This document shows, in pieces, positions 40,239 to 53,382 of a stretch of 64,000 nt of DNA. A program made the position numbers and the translations under genes. The stretch is from Octopus vulgaris. Taxonomy: Eukaryota. Below the pieces are notes generated by a model, which ran no database searches, was not told the origin of the DNA, and worked only from the letters and a program-made list of their open reading frames with translations. Each line of letters starts with the position of its first letter. Positions within the stretch are counted from its first letter, which is position 1. The stretch spans positions 17,360,001-17,424,000 of the forward strand of contig OX597815.1 in the NCBI GenBank assembly GCA_951406725.2. Reading direction: 5' to 3'.

Positions 40239-40623
40239 GTGGAGGCGCAATGGCCCAGTGGTTAGGGCAGCGGACTCGCGGTCATAGGATCGCGGTTTCG
40301 ATTCCCAGACCGGGCGTTGTGAGTGTTTGTTGAGCGAAAACACCTAAACGCTCCACGAGGCTCCGGCAGGGGATGGTGGTGATCGCTGCTGTACTCTTTC
40401 ACCACAACTTTCTCTCACTCTTACTTTCTGTTTCTGTTGTACCTGTATTTCAAAGGGCCGGCCTTGTCACTCTCTGTGTCACGCTGAATATCCCCGAGAA
40501 CTACATTAAGGGTACACGTTTCTGTGGAGTGCTCAGCCACTTACACGTTAATTTCACGAGCAGGCTGTTCCGTTGATTCGGATCAACCGGAACCCTTGTC
40601 GTCGTAACCGACGGAGTGCTTCC
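40239..40623 (+). mobile_element. SINE family C, full length
   Basis: TSD ACTCAAAATGC at 40228-40238 and 40624-40634. Confidence 0.93.
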
Positions 40624-40937
40624 ACTCAAAATGCTCGCCAGGCCGACATGTTTTTTTTTTAATTTATTTCTCTGTTTTGTAATGTTACAAACTAGAAGCG
40701 AACTGAAGCATATCATCAGATAACATATTCCTCTCAAAAGAATCTGTTTTGTTTGACTCGGTACATGATTTAATACAGACATGGGTTTCATGTAGATACA
40801 AAGGATTTATCATGTACAAATACATCATGGCCCTAGCACACATTGGATTTTCTCAGTGAATTTTTCTCTGTGACAGCAGGTGGCACCTTTTTTTCTAATT
40901 TCAGCTCAGAGCTGCGGCCATGCTGATGCACCGCCGA

Positions 40938-41053
40938 TAAGGATGAAAGTCAAAGTCGACACCAGCGGCATTTGAACTCAGAACACGAAGACAGACGAAA
41001 TACCACTAAGCATTTCGTCCGGCATGCTAACGGTTATGGCAGCTCACTGCCTT
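40938..41053 (-). mobile_element. SINE family A 5' fragment, diverged
   Basis: AAGGATGAAAGTCAAAGTCGAC...TTTGAACTCAGAAC...GGCAGCTCACTGCC. Confidence 0.8.
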
Positions 41054-41550
41054 CTTGACAAAGTTGAGATATGTATACGCCAACGTATGTAGAGAAGAAA
41101 ATATCAAGATATATGTTAATATATAGTGAGGATAAAAGGGAGTGGATATATGGGCAAGATATTACAAAATAGTGAAATTGGTGGAATCAGTCTAAGAATT
41201 TTAATAAATTAAAACTATATTTTGTGAAGAACACAGATATCTAAATTGATGGAGAAATGGCAGAGAAGACAAGCTAGAAATTTAATTAATTGAAATAAAT
41301 TAATACAGAATACAGTGGCGAATGATTCTGACATGTCTAGCATTTCAGTCATAAATCTATGCATGTTTCAGTCTAATTAATCCTCATCAGTGAAGCATAA
41401 TATAACTGAACGACAAGAGAGATAGAGAATTTTGTGAATGAACATTGATTGGTATCAATACTTAAAAGAATAATAGAGGGAAAACACGAAGGGGTTCCTA
41501 CTGCATAGTAAATAACGAAGTGGACGCTGATATATAAAGACAAAAACTTG

Positions 41551-41940
41551 TTTACTCTTTTACTTGTTTCAGTCATTTGACTGCGGCTATGCTGGAGCAC
41601 CGCCTTTAATCGAGCAACTCGACCCCGGGACTTATTCTTTTTTGTAAGCCCAGTACTTATTCTAGCGGTCTCTTTTGCCGAACCGCTAAGTAACGGGGAC
41701 ATAAGCACACCAGCATCGGTTGTCAAGCAATGCTAGGGGGATAAACACAGACACACAAACACACACACGCACATATATATACGACGGGCTTCTTCCAGTT
41801 TCCGTCTACCAAATCAACTCACAAGGCATTGGTCGGCCCGAGGCTATAGTAGAAGACACTTGCCCAAGGTGCCACGCAGTGGGACTGAACCCGGAACCAT
41901 GTGGTCGGTAAACAAGCTACTTACCACACAGCCACTCCTG
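41551..41940 (-). mobile_element. SINE family B
   Basis: Aligns to 3022-3441. Confidence 0.92.
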
Positions 41941-42589
41941 TTTAATTAATTAAAATCATACTCTTAGAAACACTTCATGTTTAACGCTGTCGCAGCTCAT
42001 TAATAACTCTCCTCCACGATTTTCTGCCCTCCATAATCTTGGCAACAGTGTTTTTTCAAGGTTTATATCCTTCAACAATTACTGCACATTCGTTCGATAA
42101 AATTTATCTCTTTTACCTTATAGTAATGGCGTACAATTTCATTTTTCTCCCCACCATCAGTGTCCAACATACCTAAGTCTCTGTTGCTTGATAGTTTCTT
42201 TTAGTACATTTCTATGTAATACGCTGCTAAATGTAATTTGCTTCCAAGACAAGTTCTTTACCCCCTTACACATTTTTGTGTATATGTTCCATTTAGCCTG
42301 CTTTCTCAGGCTTTTTAAAGTGCCCAACATTCAAAGAGAAACTAAAAAAAATAATAAACTGTTTTGCGGGTTGCTTTGTTTCTAGATAACTAATTCTTGG
42401 AGGAGAGGGGCACATAGGTAAATAAGATTGAGGGCTGAATAATATGAAAATATGTAGTGAAAGTATAGTGTTGTAAATAGCTACCATAACGAATTTATAT
42501 TTATATATATATATATAACTATATATATATAACACTGATAAGAAAAGATATTAGACCTTAATCTTAGCCATAATAGATATAGATATATA

Positions 42590-42928
42590 CAGGGGTTGGA
42601 CAAAATAATCGAAACACCTAGCATCATAACATCATAATTTTGAAATATCTATAAAACCGTCTAAAGCTTGTTTATTTCTGTTTTTTTTTTATATTTCTTA
42701 TTAGCGTTGTTTAATATGTTTTGCTAAAATCCCTGTTTCTTTTCAGATATCATCAGAAAAAGGTAATTAAAATTCGTTAAATTGACAGATCTATCGGATT
42801 TTGAAAGAAGTCAAATTGTTGGTGCTCCTATGCCAGGCGCTAGCGTTACGAAAACAGCTTAAATATTTAGTGTATCAAGAAGTACTGTCTCGAAAGTAAT
42901 GACAGCCTTTGAGAAACAGGGAAAAACC
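42590..42928 (+). mobile_element. Tc1-like transposon 5' end (same family as 18988-20073)
   Basis: TA then CAGGGGTTGGACAAAATAATCGAAACACCT TIR; the coding start ...GTATCAAGAAGTACTGTCTCGAAAGTAATGACAGCCTTTGAGAAA matches 19078-19122. Confidence 0.92.
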
Positions 42929-43580
42929 ACCAACAGAAGAGAATGTGGCCAAAAACTGCGTGTATTCCATCCCATGCAGCTGTGGTAAGTTATACAAAGG
43001 CGAAACATGCCGCCCCCTCAAAATAAGGGTAGAGGAACATCGCAAAGCTGTGACACGGGGAGATTTTGATAAATCTGGTATATACTTTTCATGTATGGAA
43101 AAATGGAGACCACTTCCCCCTGTAGGATGAAGTAAAAATAATAGGCAGAGAACACCACTGGAAAATACAAACAGTAAAGGAAATAGCTCATATGCTAGGA
43201 CACAGCAACCTCCTAAGCAGACCAAGTGCAGATATGAATAGCATATGGGAACCGGTATTAAGGAAGGATAGGAGAATATTAGATTTATAAGTCCTAAAAT
43301 TCACTCCATAATTGCCCACGGGCATATGACATAGTGGTTAAGAGCGCGGGCTACTAACTCCAAGATTCCGAGTTCGATTCCAGGTAGTTACTTGAATAAT
43401 AATAATAATAATAATAATAACAACAACAACAACATCGAAAACTACCTTAGGAATGAGAACCCAGGTTCGAAATTTCCTCAAGACACCTAAAGAAGGCTAG
43501 AGGGTATATCAGCCGAAACGTTGCGTTAACAACAAAAAAGATGAGGAGAAATATCCGTCAAATGTAAATAATGTAAATTA
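42925..43580 (+). mobile_element. Penelope-like element 3' end (Poseidon-type GIY-YIG endonuclease, tRNA-like cassette, hammerhead)
   Basis: NCVYSIPCSCGKLYKGETCRPLKIRVEEHRKAV...DKSGI; after a frameshift HVWKNGDH..L*DEVKII.REHHWK...KE...IWEPVL, stop at 43290; A/B boxes 43320-43385; HHR-like motif 43482-43527. Confidence 0.88.
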
Positions 43581-44194
43581 GTGAGGTTATATAAAGTAGT
43601 GAATCGTATAAAGTAGTAAATTACACAAGGTAATTAATACAGAAGCTTAGTCTTTGCTACGTTATGGATGGAAATATATAAAACAATGAATATAAGTAGC
43701 GTCAAACTGAATCCAGTACAATTGCTAATTATCCAATCAATCTTCTGACAAGAAATGGCAAAGTCTACCTCGGCAAGATTTTGACAGAGATTCAATAATT
43801 TCAAGTCAATGAACATAAAGGATGACGTGGAATGGTGAATACAGAGAAAAGAGAAGGAGAAGAAAAGACAAAGAAGATGAAGGGATTTAAAGCCAATAAT
43901 GCCATGAAAAACATGAATGCAAACAATAGATAAAACTGGCAGTCATGGTAGGGGTGGGGTTCGAAGACTCTTGTTATCTGTGGAGGGATAGGTAGATACA
44001 AAAAAGTGGGAGATACAGATGCTATTCTTGGAATTGTGCTGGGATTGACCTAAATATTCCCAAAGTTACTTCAATACTAACTATTAGCAGGGTATGCGAT
44101 AGGAGTTGGTTCTGAGGCTTAGCAGTTACTGAACTTATTTTGGGGGTCTATGATGATGACGTACCCCACCCCTTCACAAACAAGTGTATAGATG

Positions 44195-44229
<35 letters not shown>

Positions 44230-44401
44230 TTGTGAGTTCGTGTGTGTAATATGTTTGTATCTTTGTGTCTGTACATATGTAGGTACACACACACCAGGAG
44301 GGGTAGAGTTAAAGAAGCCTTTTGCAAGCATAAAAACTGTGAACGTTAACTGAATATAAAATAACCTACTCCAAAATTAGTGTAACATTAATTATAGTAA
44401 A

Positions 44402-44795
44402 GGCGGTGAGCTGGCAGAAACGTTAGCACACCGGGCGAAATGCCTAGCAGTATTTCGTCCGCCGCTGCGTTCTGAGTTCAAATTCCGACAAGGTCGACTT
44501 TGCCTTTCATCCTTTCGGAGTCGATCAAATAAGTACCAGTTATGCACTGGGGTCGATATAATTGACTTAATCCGTTTGTCTGTCCTTGTTAGTCCTCTCT
44601 GTGTTTTGTCCCTTGTGGGTAGTAAAGAAATAGGTACTTCGCCTGTCTTTACATTCTGAGTTGAAATTCCGCCGAGATCGACTTTGCCATTCATCCGTTC
44701 GGGGTCGATAAATTAAGTACTAATTGCGTACTGGGGTTGATCTAACCGACTGGCCCCCTCTCCCAAACTTTCGAGCCTTGTGCTTAGAGTAGAAT
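44402..44795 (+). mobile_element. SINE family A dimer; the second unit has a different tail
   Basis: Junction AAAGAAATA|GGTACTTCG at 44632/44633; second tail GACTGGCCCCCTCTCCCAAAC...CCTTGTGCTTAGAGTAGAA. Confidence 0.88.
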
Positions 44796-45509
44796 ATTAA
44801 TGATAGGGACTTCGAAGTTTTGCCATTCGTCAGGTAGACAGAATAAACTTGTCGCGCGCATACACGCATACACACACACACATACACACGCATGCGTGCG
44901 CAGAATGAGCTGCTGAAAAACAAACGCAAACAAATATGGATAGAGAACAAACAGATCAAGCTACCACCACACAGAACGAGTTATAGAGAGAGGTGGTGTA
45001 GGATAGAGAGAGAGAGAGAGAAAGAGGGAGAATACGCTAGAAACACATTGGGAATGAACCAGAGGGAGAGAAATAGAGAGAGAGCGAGACAGTAACAGAA
45101 TGCGCTAGAGAGAGAAAGAAGGATAAAATGTAGGAATATTTTTCAGTCAACAAACTTGATTATATATTTTATTCTATGTTATTAATGGGAAATAGGGATT
45201 GAAATGGAGCGGTGGATTATCGAATCGATTGCTGTAAATTATCCACATTTCCTGCAGATGTTTCTCCAGAATCTATCTGCATAGAATTGAAGAATCAAAG
45301 ACTAGAAGAAATCTCTCTAAAGTCACACATGAAGATGGAACCACAGAAAATTGATCAAATGGCTCGGAATTCACGCGTTGGATTTGATCTAAACAGAAGT
45401 ATCAAAATGGCATGGCAACATAATGTGGAGCCTTCTGTCTGTGAATATGGATCAATTCAAAATGATGGTCATCTGAATATTTTTCATTCTTTTTCTTGTT
45501 TCAATATTT

Positions 45510-45826
45510 AATAATAATAACAATGAAATTATTGTATACAGTGCTCAGGTGCACCACAACTTGCCAAAAGTGCGTATAAAGCGTATGCAGTAATGTACAA
45601 ATGTCTGGAAAGCGAACAATGTATGAGTCAGATACATTCTTGCGTGTGTATGGAGGGGAGAAAATCAGGTGTAGTGTTGGCGAATCTCAGGAAGCATGGA
45701 AATTTTGAAGGATGCAGTGCTCCGACAACTAACAACTGATGCCGGCAGTTTGTTCCATGCTTCAGAAACTCTTAGCGGGAAAAAATGTTTCCGAAAGTCA
45801 TGGGAGCTGTGCTGTTTTCTGACTTT
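45510..45826 (-). mobile_element. CR1-clade LINE 3' end (same family as 38486-39140)
   Basis: KVRKQHSSHDFRKHFFPLRVSEAWNKLPASVVSC with an identical-type UTR. Confidence 0.92.
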
Positions 45827-45834
45827 GATTAGAT

Positions 45835-46260
45835 ATCTAACAAAAAGTAAGAAATACTTGATGTTATGGGACTTCAACATTCAGACCTACAGAGTAATAA
45901 AAAATAGAAGGCCTGATTTGGTAGCAGTAGATAAAGAGAATAGAAAGTACCAGACAATCGAATTTACAGTCCCGAATGATGAAAACATTAATATGAGAAG
46001 AATAGCAAAGTACCAGGACCTAGCGATTGAATTACAGAGACAGTGGAAACTGCGGGAAAATGTATCCCAGTAGTTATAAGTCCAAAGGGAACTATCCCTA
46101 AACATATGAACAGATGGATAGAAGAGATAAGCGTAAAACCCAGTGTAGTACAGTTCCAGAACACAGTATTATTAGGGACGGCTAGGATACTGAGGAGGGT
46201 TCTTGGTTTCTAAGGTTACTTGTTGTAATCCATTGTTAGGATTTTTTTTCCAACAGATTT
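45835..46260 (+). mobile_element. R4/Dong-type LINE 3' end (restriction-like endonuclease)
   Basis: LWDFNIQT..VIKNRRPDLVAVDK...IEFTVP.D......KYQDLAIEL; VLLGTARILRRVLGF*. Confidence 0.88.
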
Positions 46261-47916
46261 GCTGAGTCTGACATAAAAACATTCTGACAAATTCACAATT
46301 AAGCACACATCATACTACAGAGATGAATGTTTCCGGTGCTAAACTGTTTTAAATAATTACAATATCCTAAATTACAAAAACAAAACTAGCAAATAAAAAT
46401 CCCATCGATGATAATGATTAATGTAATTTTTTTTTAATCATTAAATGCTTTGGTGTGTATTGTTGTTCATTAATAATTTCTGTTAGAAATCACTTATGAA
46501 TCTAAGGTCAAGGAATGAAATTTTAATTCTGCACACACAAAGATCACTATTAGAAGTTTTGTCAGATAAGCATGCTTACAATGAAATGGAAACCACTTAA
46601 AGGTATTTGTCATTTCAAGTCTGTTATCTTCTAACATCTCTGATTCATTTAAACGAACTACTCAACAATTGGAACAGCTGGCTCCATTTTTACCATATAA
46701 TCTGACAGTTTATCCTCGATTTCTATCTATTTCTCATTCAAAATCAAAACTATCTCTGTAAAGAAAAAACAACAAAACCAAGAACAAGAGCCTCTTCAAG
46801 GAATGTCTCGACCTCCTTACACTTTCCTTAATAGCGACTTAGCTTCGTTATTCTGGAGTATTTGCGATAAGAGCGAACAATGAAAAGAATGGTTTCCACA
46901 TGCACTATTAATAACTTGAATTTCATGCGTTTTCTTCTTTTTTTTGCTGTTGTTGTTATTTGTTATAATTGCTTGAATCAAGTCTATGATGACGGCCATT
47001 GATGAAAGAGAGAGAGAGAGAGAGAGAGTGAGTGAGAGAAAGAGAGGGAGAGCATGAAGCAAACTGCAGCCATTTATTATAACTCAACTCGAAGTGTTGA
47101 TTTTTATATACCAGAAAAATATAAAAAAAGTAATTATCTTTCAAGTGCCTTTTTCTTGGTTATTGAAATAATTGAGGAAGATTTCTTGCTGCTTCTTTGT
47201 TTTAACTCAACAACAATTTAGGAAACCACAACACTGAACAAATCTTTGTTCTGCTGAAAAAAAAGGAAAGAAAAAAATTATCAATCTCTTATTTTGTTGC
47301 ATAGATTAATGGCAAAACTGATTGAGCAAGGATATGATCAAAAGCATTCCATCCATGAGCATTCCGTCAAGACGATAAAGTCTAAGTTGACAAAAAAATG
47401 TAACTGCCACTTTTACCAAGTCAAGCCACTACATAATGGCTCCCTATTTGGCTCGTATATTATATTTCTGCTGCTGTTACTAATCCCCAGTTCAACCCTG
47501 ATCGAAAAGTAAAAGCACAGCAACCCTTTTCCTTTCATTTCTTGTGTGTGTGTTTCAAAATTACATAAGATGATGAAATTTCAGTCATATTTGTTTGCTA
47601 CTCTTAGGTCGAATGGCTGCATAGAACAGGGATGTCAAATACATGGCCTATAACAATGTTTTTGACTGGTCCCCCGTCCAAATTTTAATTTCATAATATT
47701 CTCTTACATATCGCCAGTATGAGTTCACAGTCAGAGCCCTGCTACAGTTATGATTTACATCGGTTCCGATCAATCAAATCAGTGTACTTTAGGGAATCTT
47801 TTCTTATATCAACCAATGGAAAAGGAGCTTATGAATCTAAAAGTAGGAAGATGTGACTTACTTCTTCTTCGCTTTGTCTATACAGTTCAAGCCAAACGGT
47901 ATTTTGTTCTTTTTAA

Positions 47917-48513
47917 GGCGGCGAGCTGGCAGAGACGTTAGCACGCCGGGCGAAATGCTTAGCGGTATTTCGTCTGCCGCAACTTCTGAGTTCAAGTTCC
48001 TCCGAGGTCGACTTTGCCTTTCATCCTTTCGAGGTCCATTAAATAAGTACCAGTTACGCACTGGCGTCGATATAATCGACTTAATCCGTTTGTCTGTCCT
48101 TGTTTGTCCTCTCTGTGTTTAACCCATTGTGGGTAGTAAAAAAATTATTATTTCATCTGCCGCTACGTTCTGAGTTCAAATTCCGCCGACGTCGATTTGC
48201 CTTTCATCCTTTCGGGGTCGATAAGTTAAGTACCAGTTACGCACTGGGTTCGATGTAATCGACTTAATCCGTTTGTCTGTCCTTGTTTGTCCCCTCTATC
48301 TTTAGTCCCTTGTAGGTAGTAAAGAAATAGGTATTTCGTCTGCCGCTACGTTCTGAGTTCAAATTCCGCCTAGGTCGACTTTGCCTTTCATCCTTTCGGG
48401 GTCGATTAAATAAGTATCAGTGAAACACTGGGGTCGATATAATCGACTTAATCCGTTTGTCTGTCCTTGTTTATTCTCTCTGTGTTTAGCCCCTTGTGGG
48501 TAGTAAAGAAATA
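47917..48513 (+). mobile_element. SINE family A trimer
   Basis: One full unit and two head-truncated units (junctions ~48148 and 48329/48330); TSD GG(T/C)ATTTTGTTCTTTTT at 47898-47914 and 48514-48530. Confidence 0.93.
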
Positions 48514-48871
48514 GGCATTTTGTTCTTTTTTGTTTTTTAAATTTATGCGCATAAATTTTGGCTAGTAGACTTTAGTCATAGTAACGGTTATCCAGTTCTT
48601 CCACATTACATTACTTGTTACTTGTAGAGTTCTGATATCCTATGCTCCAATGATCCCTTTCTTTGTGAGTTTAAATTTCAGGTGTTTGTTTGCAAAGCAG
48701 TAATTTTCGAACCCTATCCTGCTTCAGTTAAATGAAAAACCTGGCCGTTATTTATCTGGCACCCGACTGGTCCGGTGTAGAATTAAATATTGGTGCAACT
48801 TCGATTCCCTTGTATTAGGTAAAGCTAGTGTCACGCTCCAAACTTTGGTAATCTTGGTATTTTACTTTAAA

Positions 48872-49192
48872 GACTCCGCCGGTTACGACGACGAGGGTCC
48901 CAGCTGATACGATCAACGGAACAGCTTGCTCGTGAAATTAACGTGCAAATGGCTGAGCATTCCACAGACACGTGTACCCTTAACGTAGTTCTCGGGGATA
49001 ATCAGCGTGACACAGAGAGTGACAAGGCTGACCCTTTGAAATACAAGTACAACTCATTTTTGCCAGCTGAGTGGACTGGAGCAACGTGAAATAAAGTGTC
49101 TTGCTCAGGGACACAACGCGTCGCCGGGAATCGAACTCACAACCTTACGATCATGAGCCGAATGCCCTAACCACTAAGCCACGCGCCCTCAC
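48872..49192 (-). mobile_element. Chimeric SINE: head of the 22351 family with a family C RTE-type tail
   Basis: TSD TATTTTACTTTA at 48858-48869 and 49193-49204. Confidence 0.85.
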
Positions 49193-49489
49193 TATTTTAC
49201 TTTACAACCCTGCTGAGTGCCCACACCTTCTCCTCCTCATTGGGAAGACTCAGTTGCGAGGCCTGTTTAGACGCCTATCTCTTAAGCAAGGGCATCTGGC
49301 AGGGAATTACAAATTAAGGCGCTTATACAATCTACAATAGCTACTAACGACCATTGTGCTGTTTGGATGTGAGCCACGAAGATGCCCAAAAAACATTCAG
49401 AGGAAATTCTCAGCATCGGAAGCTTTTGCAGAATTATTTGCATCATTACTAGCAGAAATTCTATGGGAGCGAGTAGTCTTTATTATGTG

Positions 49490-49728
49490 ATTATATATAT
49501 ATATTATATATATATATATATATACACATGTATGCACATACGTATGTGTGTTACACGAGCACAGCATGCATGTATATAAGTGTGGATACTTATGCACATG
49601 TCTATGTTTGTATGTATGTATGTATGTATGTATGTGTGTATGTATGTATGTATGTATATATGTATGTATGTATGTATGTATTTATCTATCTATCTACCTA
49701 CCTACCTATCTATCTATCTATCTATCTA

Positions 49729-49805
<77 letters not shown>

Positions 49806-49852
49806 CTATGTATGTATGTATGTATGTTTGTATCTATCTATCTATCTATCTA

Positions 49853-49935
<83 letters not shown>

Positions 49936-49973
49936 ATGTATCTATCTATCTACCTACCTACCTACCTACCTAC

Positions 49974-50007
<34 letters not shown>

Positions 50008-50054
50008 ATCTATCTATCTATCTTTCTATCTATCTATCTATCTTTCTATCTATC

Positions 50055-50082
<28 letters not shown>
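49490..50082. repeat. Compound microsatellite (TATG/TATC/TC/TA/TG) with a repeated block order
   Basis: Directly visible. Confidence 0.95.
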
Positions 50083-50085
<3 letters not shown>

Positions 50086-51347
50086 CATATATTCGTGATT
50101 ACAGTTACATGTTTTTCCATTTCTGAATATCTGATCTTTTTTTCAATATATTTCGCATAGAAATCATGTGTTCTAGTCCAGTGGTTACCGCGGCCGGACT
50201 TAAATTCCTTTCATCTGACTCCCTGGACACACGGACACACATGCACACACATACATGTAGTCATACACACTACGATCATAACTTACATTTGCGTATCAAA
50301 GCCGAAACGCTACGCAAGTAAGAAATAACCGTTGCCACAGTTACAGGTAAAAGTGTAAACTATCTTTATTAAAGCGTTTGATGTTGCCATTATTCGTTTT
50401 TATTGATGCTAAGGTAAACTCCGCCCGTATATCATTCTTGCTTTCTCCTGAGGTTAATAAAACAATGATGAATGAAAAAGATGTGGAACCGAAGCTACAA
50501 TTCTAATGGTGGACGTTTCTGGAAAACTTCTGAAGCTATACAGTGAATTGTTGATTAATCTATACTTCAATGACATTAGATACTAACATTATCAGCTCTA
50601 CTAACCTTATTCATTGTCTACCTCATCTTTCCTACTTTAATGTTTCAATATTATGTGCATACCTACCGACAACCCTATTCGACGCCAGCACCTTGGCATT
50701 GTATCTAGCACTATCATACAAGCACGCAGTCACACACACAAGCACAAGCATATAACAGTTGCATATATACATATAAATATGCGTAGGTACACGGTATATG
50801 AATATGTATTATGTATCTATCTATCATAAATAGCCTTACCCTGACTACTGCTTTCATCATTATCATGATCCCAACGCCAACAACAGCTGCAGTAGCAGCA
50901 CCATCACCATCACAGCCACAGCCACCGCCGCCGCCAAGATAACTACATTTACCATAATCCCACCATTTTCCTTTATCATGGCAACCAAACTTTCATTTTG
51001 TTTTGAATACCTATTCTAAACCGTAGATATATTTCCGTATGTATGTATTTCATTTGAGCAAATAATTTTTGAAACGGAACTATGTATAGTCGAGAGAAAG
51101 AACATAGGTAGATATCGTTTCATTGCACTTAATATCCGCCTCAAGGACAAAGTAAACGGGAATGGGATATGAACTCAGAATAGTGGAAGCTGAAACATAT
51201 TTTCAAATCATTTAGTCCAGTGTTTTACATCTGCCATTTTTCTACGGAAGTTATAGAAAAAAATTAGTACCATGGCAGCGACAATGGATAGCAGCACCGT
51301 AGAGTACCTTCCAGCATTTAGTAAGGCTTCACGCCGGGCGAAATGGA

Positions 51348-51737
51348 GGCGGCGAGCTGGCAGAAACGTTAGCACGCCGGGCGAAATGCGTAGCCGTATT
51401 TCATCTGTCGTTACGTTGTGAGTTCAAATTCCGCGAGGTCAACTTTGCCTTTCATCCTTTCGGGGTCGATAAATTAAATACCAGTTACGCACTTGGGTCG
51501 ATGTAATCGACTTAATACCTATGTCTGTCCTTGTTTGTCCCCTCTATATTTAGTCCCTTGTGGGTAGTAAAGAAATAGGTATTTCGTCTGCCATTACGTT
51601 CTGAGTTCAAATTCCGCCGAGGTCGACTTTGTCTTTCATCCTTTCGGGGTCGATAAATTAAGTACTCGACTTAATACTTATGTCTGCGCTTGTTTATCCC
51701 CTCTATATTTAGCCCCTTGTGGGCAATCAAGAAATAA
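51348..51737 (+). mobile_element. SINE family A dimer
   Basis: Junction AAAGAAATA|GGTATTTCGTC at 51577/51578. Confidence 0.9.
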
Positions 51738-51850
51738 GTTAGGCTTACACGCGTTTATAAAAGTACTTCTCATAAAATGCGTCGCATGTTCTGATATGAG
51801 CCATTCATTAAACTTGACCTTTCTGTCTGGTAAAAAGGAAGGTTACGTTG

Positions 51851-52165
51851 CAAGGCCGGATTAAGACCCATAAAGGTCCTAAGCACTTAAAAGGTTTTGG
51901 TGCTCTCAAGTATATGTAAATGGTTCAAAATTTAAGTAAAAATAACTCAAAATATAAACAATAAAAAAAAAACAGAATAAATTTGTATTTTTCAAAATGA
52001 AACAAAATTAGCAGTAAGATGGAAAATAATGTTTATTTTTGTAATTCGACTTCATTTATATTTGAAAAGTGTTCTCTTCATTTTTTTATATATTGATTGC
52101 AAAGATTTCGATAGTATTGTTAAAATTAATTTTGCGTAAAACTTCTGCTTCTATACTGATAAGAT
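51851..52165 (-). mobile_element. hAT transposon 3' remnant
   Basis: Terminal CAAGGCCGGATTAAGACC...CCTAAGCACT; minus-strand LISIEAEVLRKINFNNTIEIFA resembles the hAT C-terminal dimerisation domain. Confidence 0.65.
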
Positions 52166-52514
52166 ATGAAGCACTACGAATTTTAGTAAGTTTAAAGTGA
52201 TTTCTTTCGTGCCGTAAACCATTTTCATTTCTGTGGTGATTATTTTGCTTAATGGGTTAATCCAGCACTGGTACGTTGGATAATATACAGAAAGAACAGG
52301 ATAGGGACGGTTGAAACATCTTTCGTGTGTTTTCTAAGTCAGGATTCACCTGTGGTTAAACAAAGAAAACCACAAAAGCAACACTAACACTGCTGGTTAT
52401 AAGAGACTTCTAATTCTATAAAATATCAACTTGGTCACCCGTCTATATTTGCGTGTATTTTCACTGTTTTATGGCCTCCTCAAATTTCGTGAATTTTAAC
52501 AGTGAATTCTGTTC

Positions 52515-52564
<50 letters not shown>

Positions 52565-52995
52565 CAAATGATTTAAAAGCTGGGAGTAAGGCACATACAG
52601 GAGTGTTAATTTGAAACACCCGAGACTGAGGAAATCAGCAAGACCACGGTGGTGCCCCAGCAAAAACCACACCTGCATGGCTGAGACCGGTAAAAAAGTT
52701 AATACATCTTTTTAATTAACTTATTTAATTGCTCTTAAAATATTTGCTTGAGATCATTTGGTATGTAACATAGATATTTCAGGACAGATAAGTTTTTGGT
52801 AAGATTATTTTCAGGATACATGCATAAAGCTTAAATCCTATTACATCCTTGATTTATTAGATAGATATTAACATATTTCTCCATTTTTATTTACTCATTT
52901 CATAGTGATACGACTTTGCGTCTTTTGTGTATAAATTTAAAGGAAAAGTACTTATTAATTCTCTAACCACTTATTTTCTAAGAGGAATGGACATA

Positions 52996-53382
52996 GGCGC
53001 AGGAGTGGCTGTGTGGTAAGTAGCTTGCTAACCAACAACATAGTTCCGGGTTCAGTCCCACTGCATGGCATCTTGGCAAATGTCTTCTGCTATAGCCCCG
53101 GGCCGACCAATGCCTTGTGAGTGGATTTGGTAGACGGAAACTGAAAGAAGCCCGTCGTATATATGTATATATATATATATGTATGTGTTTGTCCCCCTAG
53201 CATTGCTTGACAACCGATGCTGGTGTGTTTACGTCCCCGTCACTTAGCGGTTCGGCAAAAGAGACCGATAGAATAAGTACTGGGCTTATAAAGAATAAGT
53301 CCCGGGGTCGAATTGCTAAAGGCGGTGCTCCAGCATGGCCGCAGTCAAATGACTGAAACAAGTAAACGAGAATAAACGAGAA
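52996..53382 (+). mobile_element. SINE family B
   Basis: Aligns to 3636-4054. Confidence 0.92.

Noticed and set aside
40239-40312. tRNA gene calls at SINE heads (also 1907, 3636, 22351, 43320)
   Set aside because: A/B boxes are present but acceptor stems are incomplete, and each continues into a repeat body.
45212-45511. 99-aa ORF as a host exon (also candidate acceptors near 21185 and 22065)
   Set aside because: No recognisable domain, no convincing paired splice sites and no consistent exon chain.
47626-47740. Possible hAT-type MITE (CAGGG...CCCTG)
   Set aside because: The inverted match is only 5 bp and no 8-bp TSD is evident.
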